Assembly (NCBI RefSeq): GCF_036321535.1
Contig: NC_087437.1
Span: 31,560,001 to 31,624,000 of the forward strand
DNA: 64,000 nucleotides
Reading direction: 5' to 3'
Source: Camelus dromedarius
Lineage: Eukaryota
A program made the translations under genes and the position numbers. Every line of letters starts with the position of its first letter. Positions within the stretch are counted from its first letter, which is position 1. Positions 1-13,829 of the stretch are shown here, piece after piece. The notes under the pieces were generated by a model that was given only the letters and a program-made list of their open reading frames with translations, made no database searches and was not told the origin of the DNA.

Positions 1-1109
1 CCTTTTTGAGTACAATGCTGGCTAGATGTTGTGTATAATTCAGACTAGGTAAGTCATGTCACACACGTGACTGACAAGCAACTGCTAGCAATTCTCATTT
101 AGGAAAATCAGAAGATTTGCATGAAGGCCTGGTGGCAATTGTAGCAATTATAGAAATTGCTCAAGTGTGAAAGTTAAACCTTGTGAAAGATTCAGCTCTT
201 GGTGAATGAGACCCTTCTGGATTTTTTTTTTTTAAATGACTCATCCTACTTAAAACTAAGCTTTCATCATTCTCTGAACAGTCATATTGTTTTCCCTGTA
301 ACAAATCTATATCCATTTATTGAGGACATGTAGGAATTTGCAGCATAAAATAAATTTTATAGTAAAAAAATTCTGTACTGTATGCCTGATTTCTGGAGGT
401 GGTTTTATTCTTGTATTTTTGCTTTTTTTTTTTTTTTTGTATCTCTTACTCACAGCCCCTTATGCCTTTAAGAGATTACTCATCTTTGAGTTGAATTAAT
501 CCATTAACCGTTTCACTACAGAAAATCCTCCAGGCTGTTCCTTCCAAGAGAATGCAAGACTTAATGATCAGATATTTGAACATACGTGATGAGAATGCAT
601 AAAACTTATAGGAGCACTAACCAACTTCCTTTTAAAACCCACAAATGACTAAATGCACAACTTATATATCTGGTTATCTAACATCAGGACAATACTCATT
701 TCAAATATTTGATATATTTTTCTTTAAAAGTACACTCACACTTTATATTTCACTTATATTGGTTAAAAGTGCACTGTGGGACCAAGAGGGAACACAAAAA
801 CAGTTGACTGATTTTGCCATTCTAGACACATAAGAAGCCATGGCTGTGTTTGCTAAAACAGGAAACAAAACAGAACTCTTTCCTAAGGTTAGAAATCATG
901 AAGACAAGTGGGTCCTCTTGAGAAGCAATATCCCAAGGTGAATCCAAAGTCCAGCAGACAGATTGACTTTTATGAATTTAGGAAGTAGTACATGGAATAA
1001 ATCATAGATGAAGAGATGGCCTAGGTTTAGGTGGTCTACTGGCAAGTTCTAGCAAGTCTTCAAGATAGAGATAACATTATTTGATCTGTTTGAGAGTATG
1101 GAAAAATAC

Positions 1110-3960
1110 GGAAAGACTTTCAAGATGGCTGACTAAATACTCTACCCAAAATCTCATTGAAACGGCACAAGAAATATAAAAGAGTCAGAATAATCAACAT
1201 CAGAACTAGGAAACCAGAAAACGTACCATTAACAGGCTCAGGAACAGCGAGAAATTCTAGAAAAGTGTACAAGTTAAAATTGGCAGATAAAGCTCCCCAA
1301 ACAGAGGGAACTGAAAGCCCAGGGAGATAAAAAGAAGGCTTTTTTTAAGGTGTTTTTTTTTTTTTTTTTTTTTTTTTTTGGCAGAACTCTAGTAAAAGCC
1401 CAAGATCAGACAAAGCAGATGCTCATAAAAAGAGTGAGCCATGAGCAGAGACAGGTAACTGCTTATAATTAGAATCTATCTTTAAACTGTTAAAGGAACA
1501 GGATTTCTACTATCAGTTGAAGAACTAACCACCAAAGAAAAAGAGATTTTTAAAGAAATAGATAATAATTTTAAAATAAGGTTAATTAAGATTCTCAGAG
1601 AGAGTAAAAATATTGTATTTATTAAACAAAAAAACTTATGAAAAAGAATTAGTTCTTAAAAATATTTGGGTGTAGACTCAGATTTTTAAAAGAAAAATTA
1701 AAAATAAGTATTCATTTCAAGAGTCTAAAAACAAGAAAAATTTAAAAATAAACATTTTGAAAAAGTAAAAGACATTAAGAGATTATACAAAATAAAAGCA
1801 TAAATTAATTAAAAGGAAAAACAAGCAAAAACTAAGGTAACATGAAAATTCAATCGAATACAAAGCTGGTTCTTTGGAAAGTAAAATGCAAACTAAACTT
1901 TGGGTAATTTGAGTAAAAATAAATAGAAAGCACAAATAACTAATATTAGGAATGAAAAAGGGGGACTTAATTATAGATACAGGAGAGATTAAGAAAATGC
2001 CATATAATTTCCAAGAATAAAAATAAATGAATTTAAAATCTAGATGCAGAAAGAGGTAAAAAAGAATCTGAATGGACAGCCATCAAAGAAGGAGTTGAAA
2101 AGGTAGTTAAAGAATACCCCTTAAAAATATACCAGTTCCCCAGAGGCTATTTCCTCAGGGAGCAGGTAATTCTTTAGTTAATTTAAACAGTTATAGAGCA
2201 AAGATAAAGAAAGAAAACTTCTCATCTAATGAATAAGGCCAACATAACCCTGAAACTTATGTTTAGCACAAAACACATGCAAGTTTTAAAAAAAGGAAGA
2301 AAAAGAAATTGCTAAATCAATACAACTCATGAATCAGATATAAAAAAATATTTTTAAAAATAGCAATTCAAAATATATTCGAAGAATAAAGTACTGTGAC
2401 TAATTCCTATTTCCCTAAGAATGCTAGAACAATTTAATAAATGTTAGTAAACCTATTAATCTATTACATTTATAGGTTAAAAGAGAAAATCTACATGATC
2501 ATCTTAATAGATGCTGTCAAAGCATATTGAAATTGAATGCCTGTATATTTTGAAAATTATTAGCAAGCTACGGCTGGAAGGAAAACTTTCTTATTTGATA
2601 TCAGAAATTAGAATAAAATCATCCATAATGGGGAAGTATTAGAAGCAATCCCATTACATTAAAAAAAAAAAAAAGAATGTGTATAATTATCTTTACTATT
2701 TAATGTGTTGGGTCAGTGTAATAAAGCAAGAAAAAGATATTAGATATAAATGGTAGAAATAAAAAAGAAAAGTCATCATCATTTGTGGTTATTATAAAAA
2801 ACCTACTTTTAAAAGTCAAGGTAATTAATTGAAAAAAATTATAGAGTAAAGAGTTAAAATTTACTAATGTGACCAGATATTAGATCAACATACAAAAAAC
2901 AAAAGACATTGCTATAATTGGAAGAATTGCAATTACAACAGGAACAAAACATACAGATTATCTGCTATAGAAAAGAAAAAAACCTAACAAGAAGTACACA
3001 AGACCCATAGAAAGAAAACTATAAACTTTACCCAAGAGGACATAAAGGAAGAACTAAATAATGGCAGAAATGTCCACGTAATTGGATGGAGAGATTCAAG
3101 ATTACAAAGCTGTTGATTTTTTCCTCAATTAATATCTAAATTTAATCAACTCCAATCAAAACCCCATTAGCATTTAAAAAAACGAAACTTGGCATGCTCA
3201 TTCTAAAGAAAACCTAGAAAGGCAAATGGGTAAGAATAGCAAAGATAGAGTTGAAAAGCAGAACAAGAAAAGATAACCTCCCTCACCACATAGAGCATTT
3301 AAACACAACGTAAAGCTATAGTAATTACAGAAAGTGCTTTTTAGCATTGAAATAAATCAACAGTCCACTAAAATGGAATAGAAGGTCTAAAAATAGTTTG
3401 TCATAAATAGGTACATGAAGGATAGGATTTTAATATATATCTTTTAATAATAAAGGTAACATTTTAATAAAGGGAAAAGTAGCCTATTTGCTAATTGGTA
3501 TTAGAAAATTGCTACTCAATTAGAAAATATTAAAGTATATCTTTACATCATAACATACACAATTAATGAATTCCATCTATATTAAACATCTAATCATTGA
3601 ATATGAAAAAGTATCTAAAGAAAAAGAAAGAGATGTTTTTATAGTTTGGGGAATTAAGGGCCATCTCTAAGCAACATACAAAAACTAGAAATTAAGAAAG
3701 AGAAATATTGATAAAATTGATCACAAATGTTTTTAATATTTCAGTATGGTTAAAGACTCCATAGACAAAGTTATAAGGGAAAATACTTGCCATGTACACA
3801 ACAAAGGATTACTACACAGAATATACAAAATACTCCTGTAAATCTGTAATAAAAATAGTCAAGCAATATAAACAGATAATTTAAAGAAAAAAAAAAAAAA
3901 ACAAATTGCCAGGATTCCAAGCTTCACTCATAATAAAAGAGATGCAAAAGTAAAATAATT
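1110..3960 (+). mobile_element. Old degraded LINE-1 (L1M-type), 5'/ORF2 remnants
   Basis: A-rich strand with ORF2 relic motifs (atgatcatcttaatagatgc, ggatggagagattcaagatt, ccaatcaaaacccca, agagatgcaaaa); no intact ORF. Confidence 0.8.
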
Positions 3961-3961
3961 T

Positions 3962-5485
3962 TTTAAAGAAATCTTGCTTGGTGTTCTCTGAGCCCCCTGG
4001 ATCTGGGGGTGCGGGGGTTGCTGTCTGTAACTGATTTTGAAAAAATTCTCAGAAGATTATTTTAAATCTTTCTTATGCCCTTCTCTTTCCGGTGTTCTAA
4101 TCATACACATTAGCCCTTTTGATACTGTCCCACAGCTTTTAAACATTCTATTTAAAAAAATTTTTTTCTCTTTGAGTTTTAATTTGGGAAGTTTCTATTG
4201 GGCTACTTCAAATTCACTGATTCTTTCTCACTGTGTCCAGGAGATGAGCCCAATGAAGACATTCTTTATTTCCATTACAGTTTTTCATGTCTAGCATTTC
4301 CTTCTGATTTTTATAGTTCCCATCTTACTGCTGATATTACTGAAATGGCTTTACAAGCTGCCTATTTTTCCATTAGTGCTTTTAACATATTAATCATAGT
4401 TATTTTAAATCCTTGTCTGATAATTCCAACATCTGTGTCATATCTGAATCTGGTTCTGATGCTTGCTTTGTGTCTTCAGACTGTGTTTTTTCTTGTCTTT
4501 CAGTATGCCTTGTAATTTTTTTGTTGAAAGCCAGATATGTTGTATCAGTAATAGACAGTAAGGTAAACAGGCCTTTAGCATGAGGATTTATGTTAATCTG
4601 GCTTGGAGTTGGGCTATGTTTAGTGTTTGTTGTCATTATAAATTCCACAGGCTTCAAATTCCTCTGGTGTCTTTATTTTTGTGTCCTTTCTTGGCTTTGG
4701 GGCTTCCCTTTGTACTCCCACTCAGAGAGACCCTTGGGCTTTGCAGCTCTGTCAGGCTGTAATCCACTGGAGGTTTACTGGAATGGTGAAAGGGTGTTGG
4801 GGGAGGGGAAGTGTTCTATAATCTTCTGATTAAGTCAGTCTTTGGTGGCCCTGTGTCTTGAAAGTGTTTCTGTCCCTCCTCCCTGCATAGAGGACCCTCA
4901 CCCGTACTCCACTCCCAGCGTCCTGTTAACCATATTATTTGGGGGGTTTGTTTAGTTGAGGCAGGAAGGCTAAGGGCTGGAGTAGGGTGGAAACCCCTGC
5001 CTCAGCGTGGTAAGGCCGCAGTATTGTCCCTGGAGAGTGGGCCTTTGTTATGAAGAAGAATCCTGGAGGGTTATGCCATTGCTACTCTTCCCATGCCCCT
5101 GCTGGGGGAAGAGGGGATTTTTCTCAAATCCTCACTGGGAACGTAGTGGGGTTCCTGGGGAAAAGAGACCTCAAAACTATGGGGGCCCTCGATGACTGGA
5201 GCCCCAGGTGTTTCTTGCTCACCTAGTCCGCACTCAGCCTCCAGCAATTCGTCACAATTACTAGTGAGGTTATGTGGTACCACCCTTATCGCTCCAGTGG
5301 CTTCTGTTGTCTCTCTCTGGATGCACCTGTCTCTCCAGATTTCAGGGTGTGGTTTACCTTGAAACTTCAGTTCTGTGATGCATCCAAGAAAAATCATTGA
5401 TTTTCAGTTTGTCCAGCCTTTTCTTGTTGTAAGGATGGGAATGGCGCTTTCTAAGCTTTTTATATGTCAGAGTGGAAATCTGGAA
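3962..5485 (-). mobile_element. LINE-1 5'UTR/ORF1 fragment nested antisense within the older L1
   Basis: Minus-strand translation RHTERQEKTQSEDTKQASEPDSDMTQMLELSDKDLK resembles the L1M ORF1 start; host L1 resumes at about 5486. Confidence 0.75.
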
Positions 5486-6175
5486 ACTAAAATGAAATTC
5501 CATTTTTCCTACCAGACTGGCAAATTTAAGAATGATAATATTCAGTAGTAGAGAGAGGGGGAGGAAGTGAGTATTCTCATATGGTGTCGACAGGAAACTA
5601 AATTGGGTGTCATCTTTCTTGAAGGCAATTTCACATTATCAAATTTTAAAATGCACAGCCCCTTTGAGCTAGCAATTCCACTTCAAGGATTCCAGTTTAC
5701 AGAAAAGCACACACAAATGTGAAAATAAATATGCACAGAACATCTATTAAATGTCTCTAAAGTAGCAGTAAATTGGAAACAAATTTCTATCAATAGAATA
5801 ACTGTTAAAGAAACAACTGTGATTGATTTCTTCCATGACTATTGCATGTAGCACACTGAAAATGTAGGTAGATTAATATACTAAAATGATAATATGCCTG
5901 TGACATATATGCTAAGTGAAAAAAATCGAATTACAGAGCAGCATGATACTATCTTTGTAAAAACAAAACAAGCAAAACATTGTGTGTGTATGGCACATGG
6001 GGGTGGGCATGCACAGATATGCATTTGGATTTGCTTAGAAAAAAAGTCTGGGAAGTGTAGACACCAAATCCTAGCAGTTAATAGTTTCTTTTCTGGCAAG
6101 GAGGAGAAGTTCCCCATTTTAGGGGAGATTAACACATTCTAAAGCAAGCATGTGCTATTTTTATAATTAAAAATA
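5486..6175 (+). mobile_element. 3' continuation of the old L1 (ORF2 C-terminus and 3'UTR)
   Basis: ccatttttcctaccagactggcaaa, ctagcaattccacttc and tatgctaagtgaaaaaa are typical L1 3' motifs. Confidence 0.75.
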
Positions 6176-6899
6176 CACACACAAAGGAAGTAGATGCTAT
6201 TCCTCAATTAAAGAGAAAGCTGTCTGTGAAAAGCTGATAGTAACCTTTAGTTCATGTTTACAAACAATTCCAGGAATCTTAAACAAGCTGCATTTTTATC
6301 TAAGTAAAAGACCTCTTGGGAGTGGAGCAGGGAAGGAAAGTCACTTCTTTGTCAGTGGAACAGGCTGGGAAACCTTGGTGTGCAAGAGTAAATGCCGGGA
6401 CCGTGTTCACCTTGCTCACCATGATCCCGCCAGTGCCTACACTTTGTCAGGCACTTAGCAAGGCCTCCATATATATCGGTTGAATTAATAAATTAAGTGG
6501 AAAAAATGGCAATGGTTCTGTGATTAATTGATTGAACTATGTACAACAGGGAAATCTGGCAGGCAGTTGATAGGAAGTTTCTCTGTTTTTACTGAGTGTA
6601 GATACCAGACTCAAATTCTAGAATTTAAATAGGAAGTTCCGAGCACCACAGCAATGGTGAGGAAATTAACCAGACTGAGAGAGAGTGCTGCTCACTGAGA
6701 GTCTTTCTCATACTGAAATAGCAGCAGAAGTGGCCTAAGCAATTTTTTCTCTGCCAGCTCACAAAAAGGATCACTGACTCAGGAAATGACCTATAACACC
6801 TTAGTTTTAATTTTTACACTCATAAAGTAATGTCGTGATTAGGGCCAGAATCAGAATTACCTGGGGGTCTTAGTGTGTCACCAGGATGAAACAAAAGAG

Positions 6900-7145
6900 A
6901 AGAGACCAAGATTTACTGAACATCTCCTAACAACTCATTGAGGCACTGGGTTAGTCACTCAGAACGTGGTATCTCATTAAATCTCGTAAGAAGCTTGTGA
7001 AGTGTGGTCATCATTTACAGATGAGGAAACTGGGACTTGGGGAACTTGGGGAACTTGTCTCACAACACATACTAAATAGTGACTGAGCTGGGATTTGAAC
7101 ACAGGTGGGTCTGGCTCTGAAGCCCATGGTCACTCCTGGGCCACT
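6900..7145 (-). mobile_element. MIR SINE (representative; other fragments near 17200-17410, 18430-18600, 22750-22995, 25850-25980, 28180-28270, 32650-32840, 41380-41570, 42530-42680, 43250-43450)
   Basis: Core tttacagatgaggaaactg...gagctgggatttgaac...tctggctc. Confidence 0.8.
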
Positions 7146-7569
7146 GGACTCTGCTCTGGTTGGTGATGGCATGCCTCACTGATCGTATTAACAGGAGAGC
7201 AGTTCCTGTAGAAGACTTCTAAGGGCTGGGATACTAAGAACTGACTAGACTGGACCATCACTTCTGTAGAACTAATCCAGAGATCTTTACACATATACAT
7301 AACTTCTAGAAATGGGGAAATGACTCAGTATTACCAAACAGGGCTCTCCAAATCTTGAACAAACACAGGTTTGTTCAACTCGTCCCAGGACACAGAGCAC
7401 CCCCAGGCTGAGACAAATCACAGATCCTGAAGAACTGCTTACGGGGTGGCAGTGATGCGGAGACAGTCACGTGCTATAAATACCCTCATGGAATAAAGAT
7501 CTTCATTTACTTTTCCATGATCTTTGCTAACTCAGAGGAAATAGTTTTCATCTCTATTTTCACCACAGC

Positions 7570-8880
7570 AGGAAGTTAACATCTCATGTCACCTTGGATT
7601 CCTTCTCTAAGGCGTTTCATGCCTGGTGTTTGGCCTCCATCTGTAGTATGCTAAGTACTACACTTACTTCCCTGACACACTGTCCTGCACCTCTACTGTT
7701 AGAGTGCCTCGTGGCCAGGTCCTGGGCTTCCTACTTTTTTCTTTCCTCCCATAGCTTTACATTATCTTTTACAAACCAGTTGCAGCTACTTTTATTTCTC
7801 TAGTCTTTGTATCTCCAGTCAGATGTCCAATAGAAGTCTCCCATGTAACAGAGCTGCAAAGAATTCTCAGTTCCTACCTTCACCTCAAACCCATTCCTCC
7901 CCTCCACCGTGAATTCAATTCTCCACCTCATGACACTGTCGTCCACTCTGTTGTTCAAACTGTAACCTTTTTCCTGGCTTCTGACTTTCGTCTCACCTCC
8001 ATATCTAATTCTTCAGCAAGTCTGGAGGTTCTGCTTCTAAAACATCTCAAATCTACCCTCTTTACTTCCTGTCTCTGCCAATATTCAGCTACTAATCGCT
8101 TATCTCAACTACTCTAATTTGGTCTTCTTGCTTCCCTGTCTCCAGGAGCCAGGTTGATAACTTTAAAACATAAATAATATTGATATACTGCAGTCTTTCA
8201 ATGTTTTCCAGTTGTACTTTACCATGGTCTACAGGACTTGCATTACCAGCCCCCACCTACCTCTAGATCACCTCCTAGATCTCTTTTAACTTGTAGCCCT
8301 GCAGGTATGTTGACCTTCTTCCCATTTCGTGACCACACCAAGGTGAACCCATTTGGGGTTTCCCTGAATGCTCCCCAGGTTCTTTCTCCGGATTTTTCAT
8401 GAGGGGCCTTCCTCATTAGTCAGTGTTAACCTCCTCAGTAATTCTTGCATGACCACCTTAGAGTAGTTATCCCTTACTTTGCCAGTCAGTCTCTATCAAA
8501 ACATCCTGCTTTAGTTGTTTTTTTTTTAACTTATAGCACATATAATCATCTACAATTATTTTCCAATTATTTATTTATCTATTCATTGTCTGCTTCCCCC
8601 TGGAGAGAGACATTTCCATGTGGGCAGGGGACATTTCTCATTCAGAGCTGTATCTTCAGATCTAAGACTCATCTCTTACTGAAATAGTAGTAGAAGTTGC
8701 CTGGGCAATCTTCTCTCTGCCAGACTATGGAATAATAGGAAAAGACATAAAATTATAACATTTTAGTTTTAATTTTTGTTTTAAAAATAGTGTAGTGAAT
8801 GGGTCCAGAATTAAGGTTCTAAATCAGAATCAGACTAGCACACAGTAGGTGTTCAATAAAAGTTTGCTGATTATTGAATG
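7570..8880 (+). mobile_element. LINE-2 3' portion, degraded
   Basis: Pyrimidine-rich L2-like body with terminal cacacagtaggtgttcaataaaagtttgctga. Confidence 0.7.
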
Positions 8881-11179
8881 CACAATTGCTTGATTATGGT
8901 AACACAGAAGTGAAATGCTGCCCTTTACTAACCTGAGGCTATAATTATGATCAAAGAACACTGCACTCATTTTAAACAGCATTCTAATTAAATGACAAAT
9001 TCTGGCTTGCCTTTAAAATATACATTGCATTGTGTCATGACTTACTGGATCATTTATCACATCAGCTGGACATTGTGAAATGTCCACCGCTTGAATTCAA
9101 ACAAAGAAGAATATAGTGCAGGGGAAATCTGCTTTCCTGATAGTGACCAGCTGCCCTTACTGAACATTGCTGTTTGATTTTCATCACCTTCCATGTCTAG
9201 TGTCACTTCAGAATGCTGAGATAGCCAAATACGTGCCCTGATTAATGACCTCCACCTCCCCTTGAAAACAGTCCCTCCCAGTTAGTTACACTGGACCGAG
9301 GCACTCTTGGCTCCCAGCCAATGAGCTGGCAGCAAAGAGGGCTGGTTGCTTTGAATGCCACCTTTCCTAAGCAGAGGTCCATGGTGAGGACACCAACCCC
9401 TCTTAGTGGCATTGCTTTTTCTCCTTCTTTTTCTCCTTACGAACAGTAATATATTGTTTATTCTCAGCATCATTTGCAAAACGTTATCTGAAAGAAGCCT
9501 AAGATTTCCTTTTGCCTCCTAAGGAGGACTTCTAAATAGAGGCATTTTATAAACAGCTGCATGTTCTTTGGAGAGGAAATTGGAGGAACTGGCTGGCTGA
9601 AAAAAATGAAACATGGAGCTGTATGAATGCCTTTTCTTCTGATAAATTGTGGGTAAACCTGAAGGAGCAGAGGAGACAGCAGTCCTTTTGTTATCTGAAA
9701 ACTAAGCCCCCACGGGCATGCGGTATGGCCTAGAGTGACTTCTCCAAATCGAAATGGATATTCTCTAAGTTTGGGCTAAAAATAACAGCAACAACAACAA
9801 TATAAAATTAAAAACTGTCTTGATAAGTTGCAAGGAAGAGCCATTCATTTCCATTAGATTTCGCCTGATTAGGTCCTGTGGATCAGCTAAATTGGGCAAC
9901 AATGTCTTTTGCAGAAAGAATGCAAAATGAGTTCAAGTCAGATTCCACACAGGTTTGGAGGATGGACAACATACAGATCATAATGAATGAAGTAGACAAA
10001 GATTTCCTGAGGAGTCACATCAGTTAAAGCCTTTGGGCTTTGTTTTTTGTTTAAACTGGAAAGGGGGACACAAGATGACTTACACCTGCAAGGGAGTCAT
10101 GCTACACTATTTGTTCTTGAAATCCAGGGAAGCCAGAAGCTAATTTGAGCTTCGTTGAGGTTTCTGCACATATCAGGACTAAAACACCTAAGGTCATGGA
10201 AATTCAGTTAGGAAGGGCTTTGGGGATCTTCTACTCAATTTATGGGTGAAGATACAGATCCAGGAAGTTTCTGTCCCAAAGCTAGGTGTCAAGTCAATTT
10301 TAGGTTTGCAGCACTTTCCTTTTAATCCCTTCTCTGTCAACCTCTCTCTTCTTCTTTAACTCAGAAATTCTGAACCTGTTTAAAACTATAGTGGTCAGAA
10401 TAACAGCTTTGGAAAGGATGCCGGCTAGACTTCATGTCATAGTTGGAAACACATCAAATGAAAACTAATTAGGAAAACAAAGCTCAACAGACAAGACTTC
10501 TATGTAGACAAATTTTCATGAGTGTTTCTGTTTCATGTATTAATGGATTCCTTTATTTTTTGGAGGTTTCCAAATAAAGAATGAAAACAAACTTTGGTGT
10601 GATTCGACAATAGTGGTTTCAGTTGATTTTAATTTCTATTGACCAGTTAACTATGTATCATCCTGTTCCTCAAACCCCAACCACACCATCCCCAAGGTCA
10701 AATGCCACCCATGTGCTTTCTGCCTCTGTGTACTCAAAGAGAAGCTGGAGACAATGAGGATTCAGGCATGTAGATATATTTGGTCTGGAATACTTGGACA
10801 TTGGCATCTTGATTTGCAAGTTATTGGGAAAGTACATCAACTTGGGAATCAAATTACTTCACTGACCCTCTAAAGACACGATGACCCCCAAAACATACTC
10901 TAGGACTTAGGCGTACCATTATTGACACCAACTGAGAAAAATGAAACTCCTTTTTGTATTAATTTATACTCTACCCTTTTCTTAAGAAAAAGAAAAAATA
11001 ATAACTCTATGAGAAAATAAGCTCTTTGTACAAAAAAGTACTCTACTGAACTAATTGTGATAGTGAACCTGGAAACTATCTTAATATCCAATAATAAAGT
11101 AGTAATTAAGAAAACTGTGGCACATAACCTGCATAAAGTATTATACAAGGATCAAAAATTATAATGGAACTGCAGCAAT

Positions 11180-11780
11180 ATAGAAATGCTTATTTAATAA
11201 TTATATACTGAGTACCTCCTGTATTCCAGTACTATCCTAGGCAGTGGAAGTCAAGGAGTACTACAAATAGCTTGCAGGGTAGCAGAGGAATCAGAAATGA
11301 GCAAGACATTTCAGGAAGAAAGGACAGTGAGGACAGAGGCCGAGAGATGTGTTCTGGGAGTTGAGAGCCATTCAGTATGGCTGAAAAGACAGGGCTGGGA
11401 AGGAGATGAAACTTGAGAGGAAGGGTCCAGAATGAAGGAGGACTTGGGATTTATTCTGTAGATAAAAAGGTGTCATTATAGTTTTAGCAGGATAAAATAC
11501 ATGACTATTATAGCATTCATGCAATCATTTGATTGTTCATTTGTTAATTCAAGGATCAGGTATTGAATGCGTATTCATTGTGCTAGGCATAGGAAGATAA
11601 AGATGAATAAAACATGATCTCTACCTCTGAGAGGCTAAAAACCTGATGGTGGGACACTGATATAAGAAAGTCATTATAACACACTGTGATAAGCACTTCA
11701 AAGGAGCCATCATCTACAAGGCACACGGACGCACAAAAACAAATGCTTTGATTGGGAGGGAGTGGATGAATGGTCCACGT
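11180..11780 (-). mobile_element. LINE-2 fragments (resuming at about 12930-13170 after two LTR insertions)
   Basis: Antisense L2 tail: cattcatgcaatcatt...tattgaatgcgtattcattgtgctaggc...agataaagatgaataaaacatgatctc. Confidence 0.65.
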
Positions 11781-11787
11781 AGTCCTA

Positions 11788-12323
11788 TGTAGGGAAGGAA
11801 AATCTTTTCCCTCTACTCATCTTAGGTTTATTGGCTGGGCTCTGCAAAGTAGACTGACAAAAAACAGATTAACAAGAAAAAAACAAACAGAAGTCTATGA
11901 GAGCATGCATTGCACATGTGCATGGGAGTAGTCATGATGAGCAACTCGAAGGGGTGGTTAGAACTTGGGCTTCACAGCATCCTAACAAGAAAACAAGATT
12001 TTTAAAGAAGTGACAGACAAAGGAAAAAGACTGAGTTTCTAGGGCAGCAAATTGTGAGAAAGTAAATATATAGGGGAATTAATGGAAGATAAGGGCTAGT
12101 TAGCAAAGTCTGTTATGTAGATATCTCTGGGGTGATTAACTTCTGTCCTTCCCAGTAGAGAGGGGAGGGGAATACCTTTACAAATTTATGTCTTGCTTTC
12201 AAGGCAAATAGTGGGAGGGCAGAGAGTTTTTCTTGTATCTGTTTCTTCTCAAATGCCTTCAGCTCAAAATAATCCTTATGTCAAAATGGCATATTTTGGG
12301 ATGGCATGGTCTGCTACCTCTCA
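11788..12323 (-). mobile_element. Solo ERV1-class LTR
   Basis: TG...CA termini, about 535 bp; ends ccttcagctcaaaataatccttatgtcaaaatggcatattttggg; similar to the copy at 34287-34864. Confidence 0.75.
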
Positions 12324-12339
12324 CTTAACAGAGGACAAA

Positions 12340-12925
12340 TATTAGTCATGAAAACAAAAGCATATTAAGAATTTCAACAGAGAAAATTTAATACAAGAAA
12401 TTAGTTAATCAGGTCTTGGAGAACTGAAAATGCAAAAAGGGAACACTGAGGTTTCACAGAGATAGCAACTTCAGGAAGTAACTACCACCTCCTAGGTCTG
12501 AGCAAACAAAGGGAAGAGATTGGGGTTATAAGAATTCAGAAGCTAGGTGAGGTACCTCGCAGAGATGGGACCCAGACCTTAGAGGAGGAGATAAGGCTGG
12601 CTGGCGCTGGTGTTTCTGAGGAAGGTAGGGTGAAGCTGGTTCTTCTAGGGGTGCCCAATGAAACTGGAGATGGAAACAACTACTGTTGTCAGGACGAAGG
12701 CTCATTGCTGGCTGACTTTACAGGAACAGCAAGCAAATAGGAAAGAACAAGCCCCTTCAACTTCCTTACGCCTTCCGGTCTCCCTTTAGCGGCCCCTATT
12801 GACAGAAACCAAAAGGAATTCTGCTGGCTAAAAAAAGGCTAATTTGCTTAGTCCCAACCCCAGCATCACAAAAGAGGGTAGGGAAAGGTGAGTTTGACAC
12901 TGACAGAAAATAGCCTAATCTCCAG
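12340..12925. mobile_element. Old LTR, probably ERVL class
   Basis: attagtca...gaatttcaacagagaaaatttaatacaagaaattagtta...caggaagtaactaccacc pattern; family uncertain. Confidence 0.5.
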
Positions 12926-13829
12926 TTTAAGAGTTTATCTTAGAAAATGAGGAGGCAACCTTAAAGGGAGGGCATTTCAGGTAAAAGTAAATTGCTTTTG
13001 CAAAGGCATGATGCCATCAAAGTGCTCTATGCTCTTGGGAATTTCAAGTATGAAATCAGTTGTAGTTGGAATGCAAAATGCATTGGTAGAGCATTGGGCA
13101 GAGCAATTGGAATGATAGAAAGGGACCCTGTTGCCTGAAGGGCAGGGAATCCCATGCTAAGGAGAAGAGCCAAATATTATTTTTGAATATCACTTATTGT
13201 ATTTTTCAGTGTTTAGGTTTTTTTCATCCTCCTTGCCATTAAGAGTAGACCTTAAATCTAAGACTTATTGTCCTAGGGAAGGGGAGTATTTGGTACAGCA
13301 TAGAACAAAGAGGTCATAGCCTAGATTTTTGAATTTCAAAATAGTTTCTTAAGTCCCTAGGGAGACAAAATAGCCTGAGGGCAAGCCCTTCTGATTCACA
13401 AAAATTTGGCTTTTTGAGACAGTAAAAGATTGACTCAAAATGACAAAAGCCTTACAAGAGCCAATAAATCAGTTTATTCCAAAGGGCCATTGAGTAGGAA
13501 TACACAAGATAGGATATAAGGCAAGTTTCTGTCCTACAGGACAAAAAAGACTTTAGCTTCTGAGAAGAGAAACCAACCACAAAGTCAGATTCAGATTCCA
13601 TGTTCTCACTGTGTTCATTCCTCACTCCCACCTCTGGGTCAGACCTGGGCAGGGAGTGTGTGTGTGTGTGTATGTGAACTTCCTGGAGACATTCAGTGAG
13701 AAGTCCCAGAACAAAAAGTTTATTCCTCAGTTCCCCAGCTGCAGGCTGTTCAAACTTCCTGCTCCTTAGAGAAGCCCTGTGTTGACATGGGGACGCAATC
13801 ATACTTTAGAATGGGTCTTGGATAGCGTG

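Noticed and set aside
522..585. Exon-like plus-strand segment (ctacag|AAAATCC...CATAC|GTGATG)
   Set aside because: Weak donor, isolated, translations unrecognised.
7355..7378. Short perfect inverted repeats (also 49551-49570 and 52052-52071)
   Set aside because: Arms of 9-10 bp; a few are expected by chance in 64 kb and none has supporting context.
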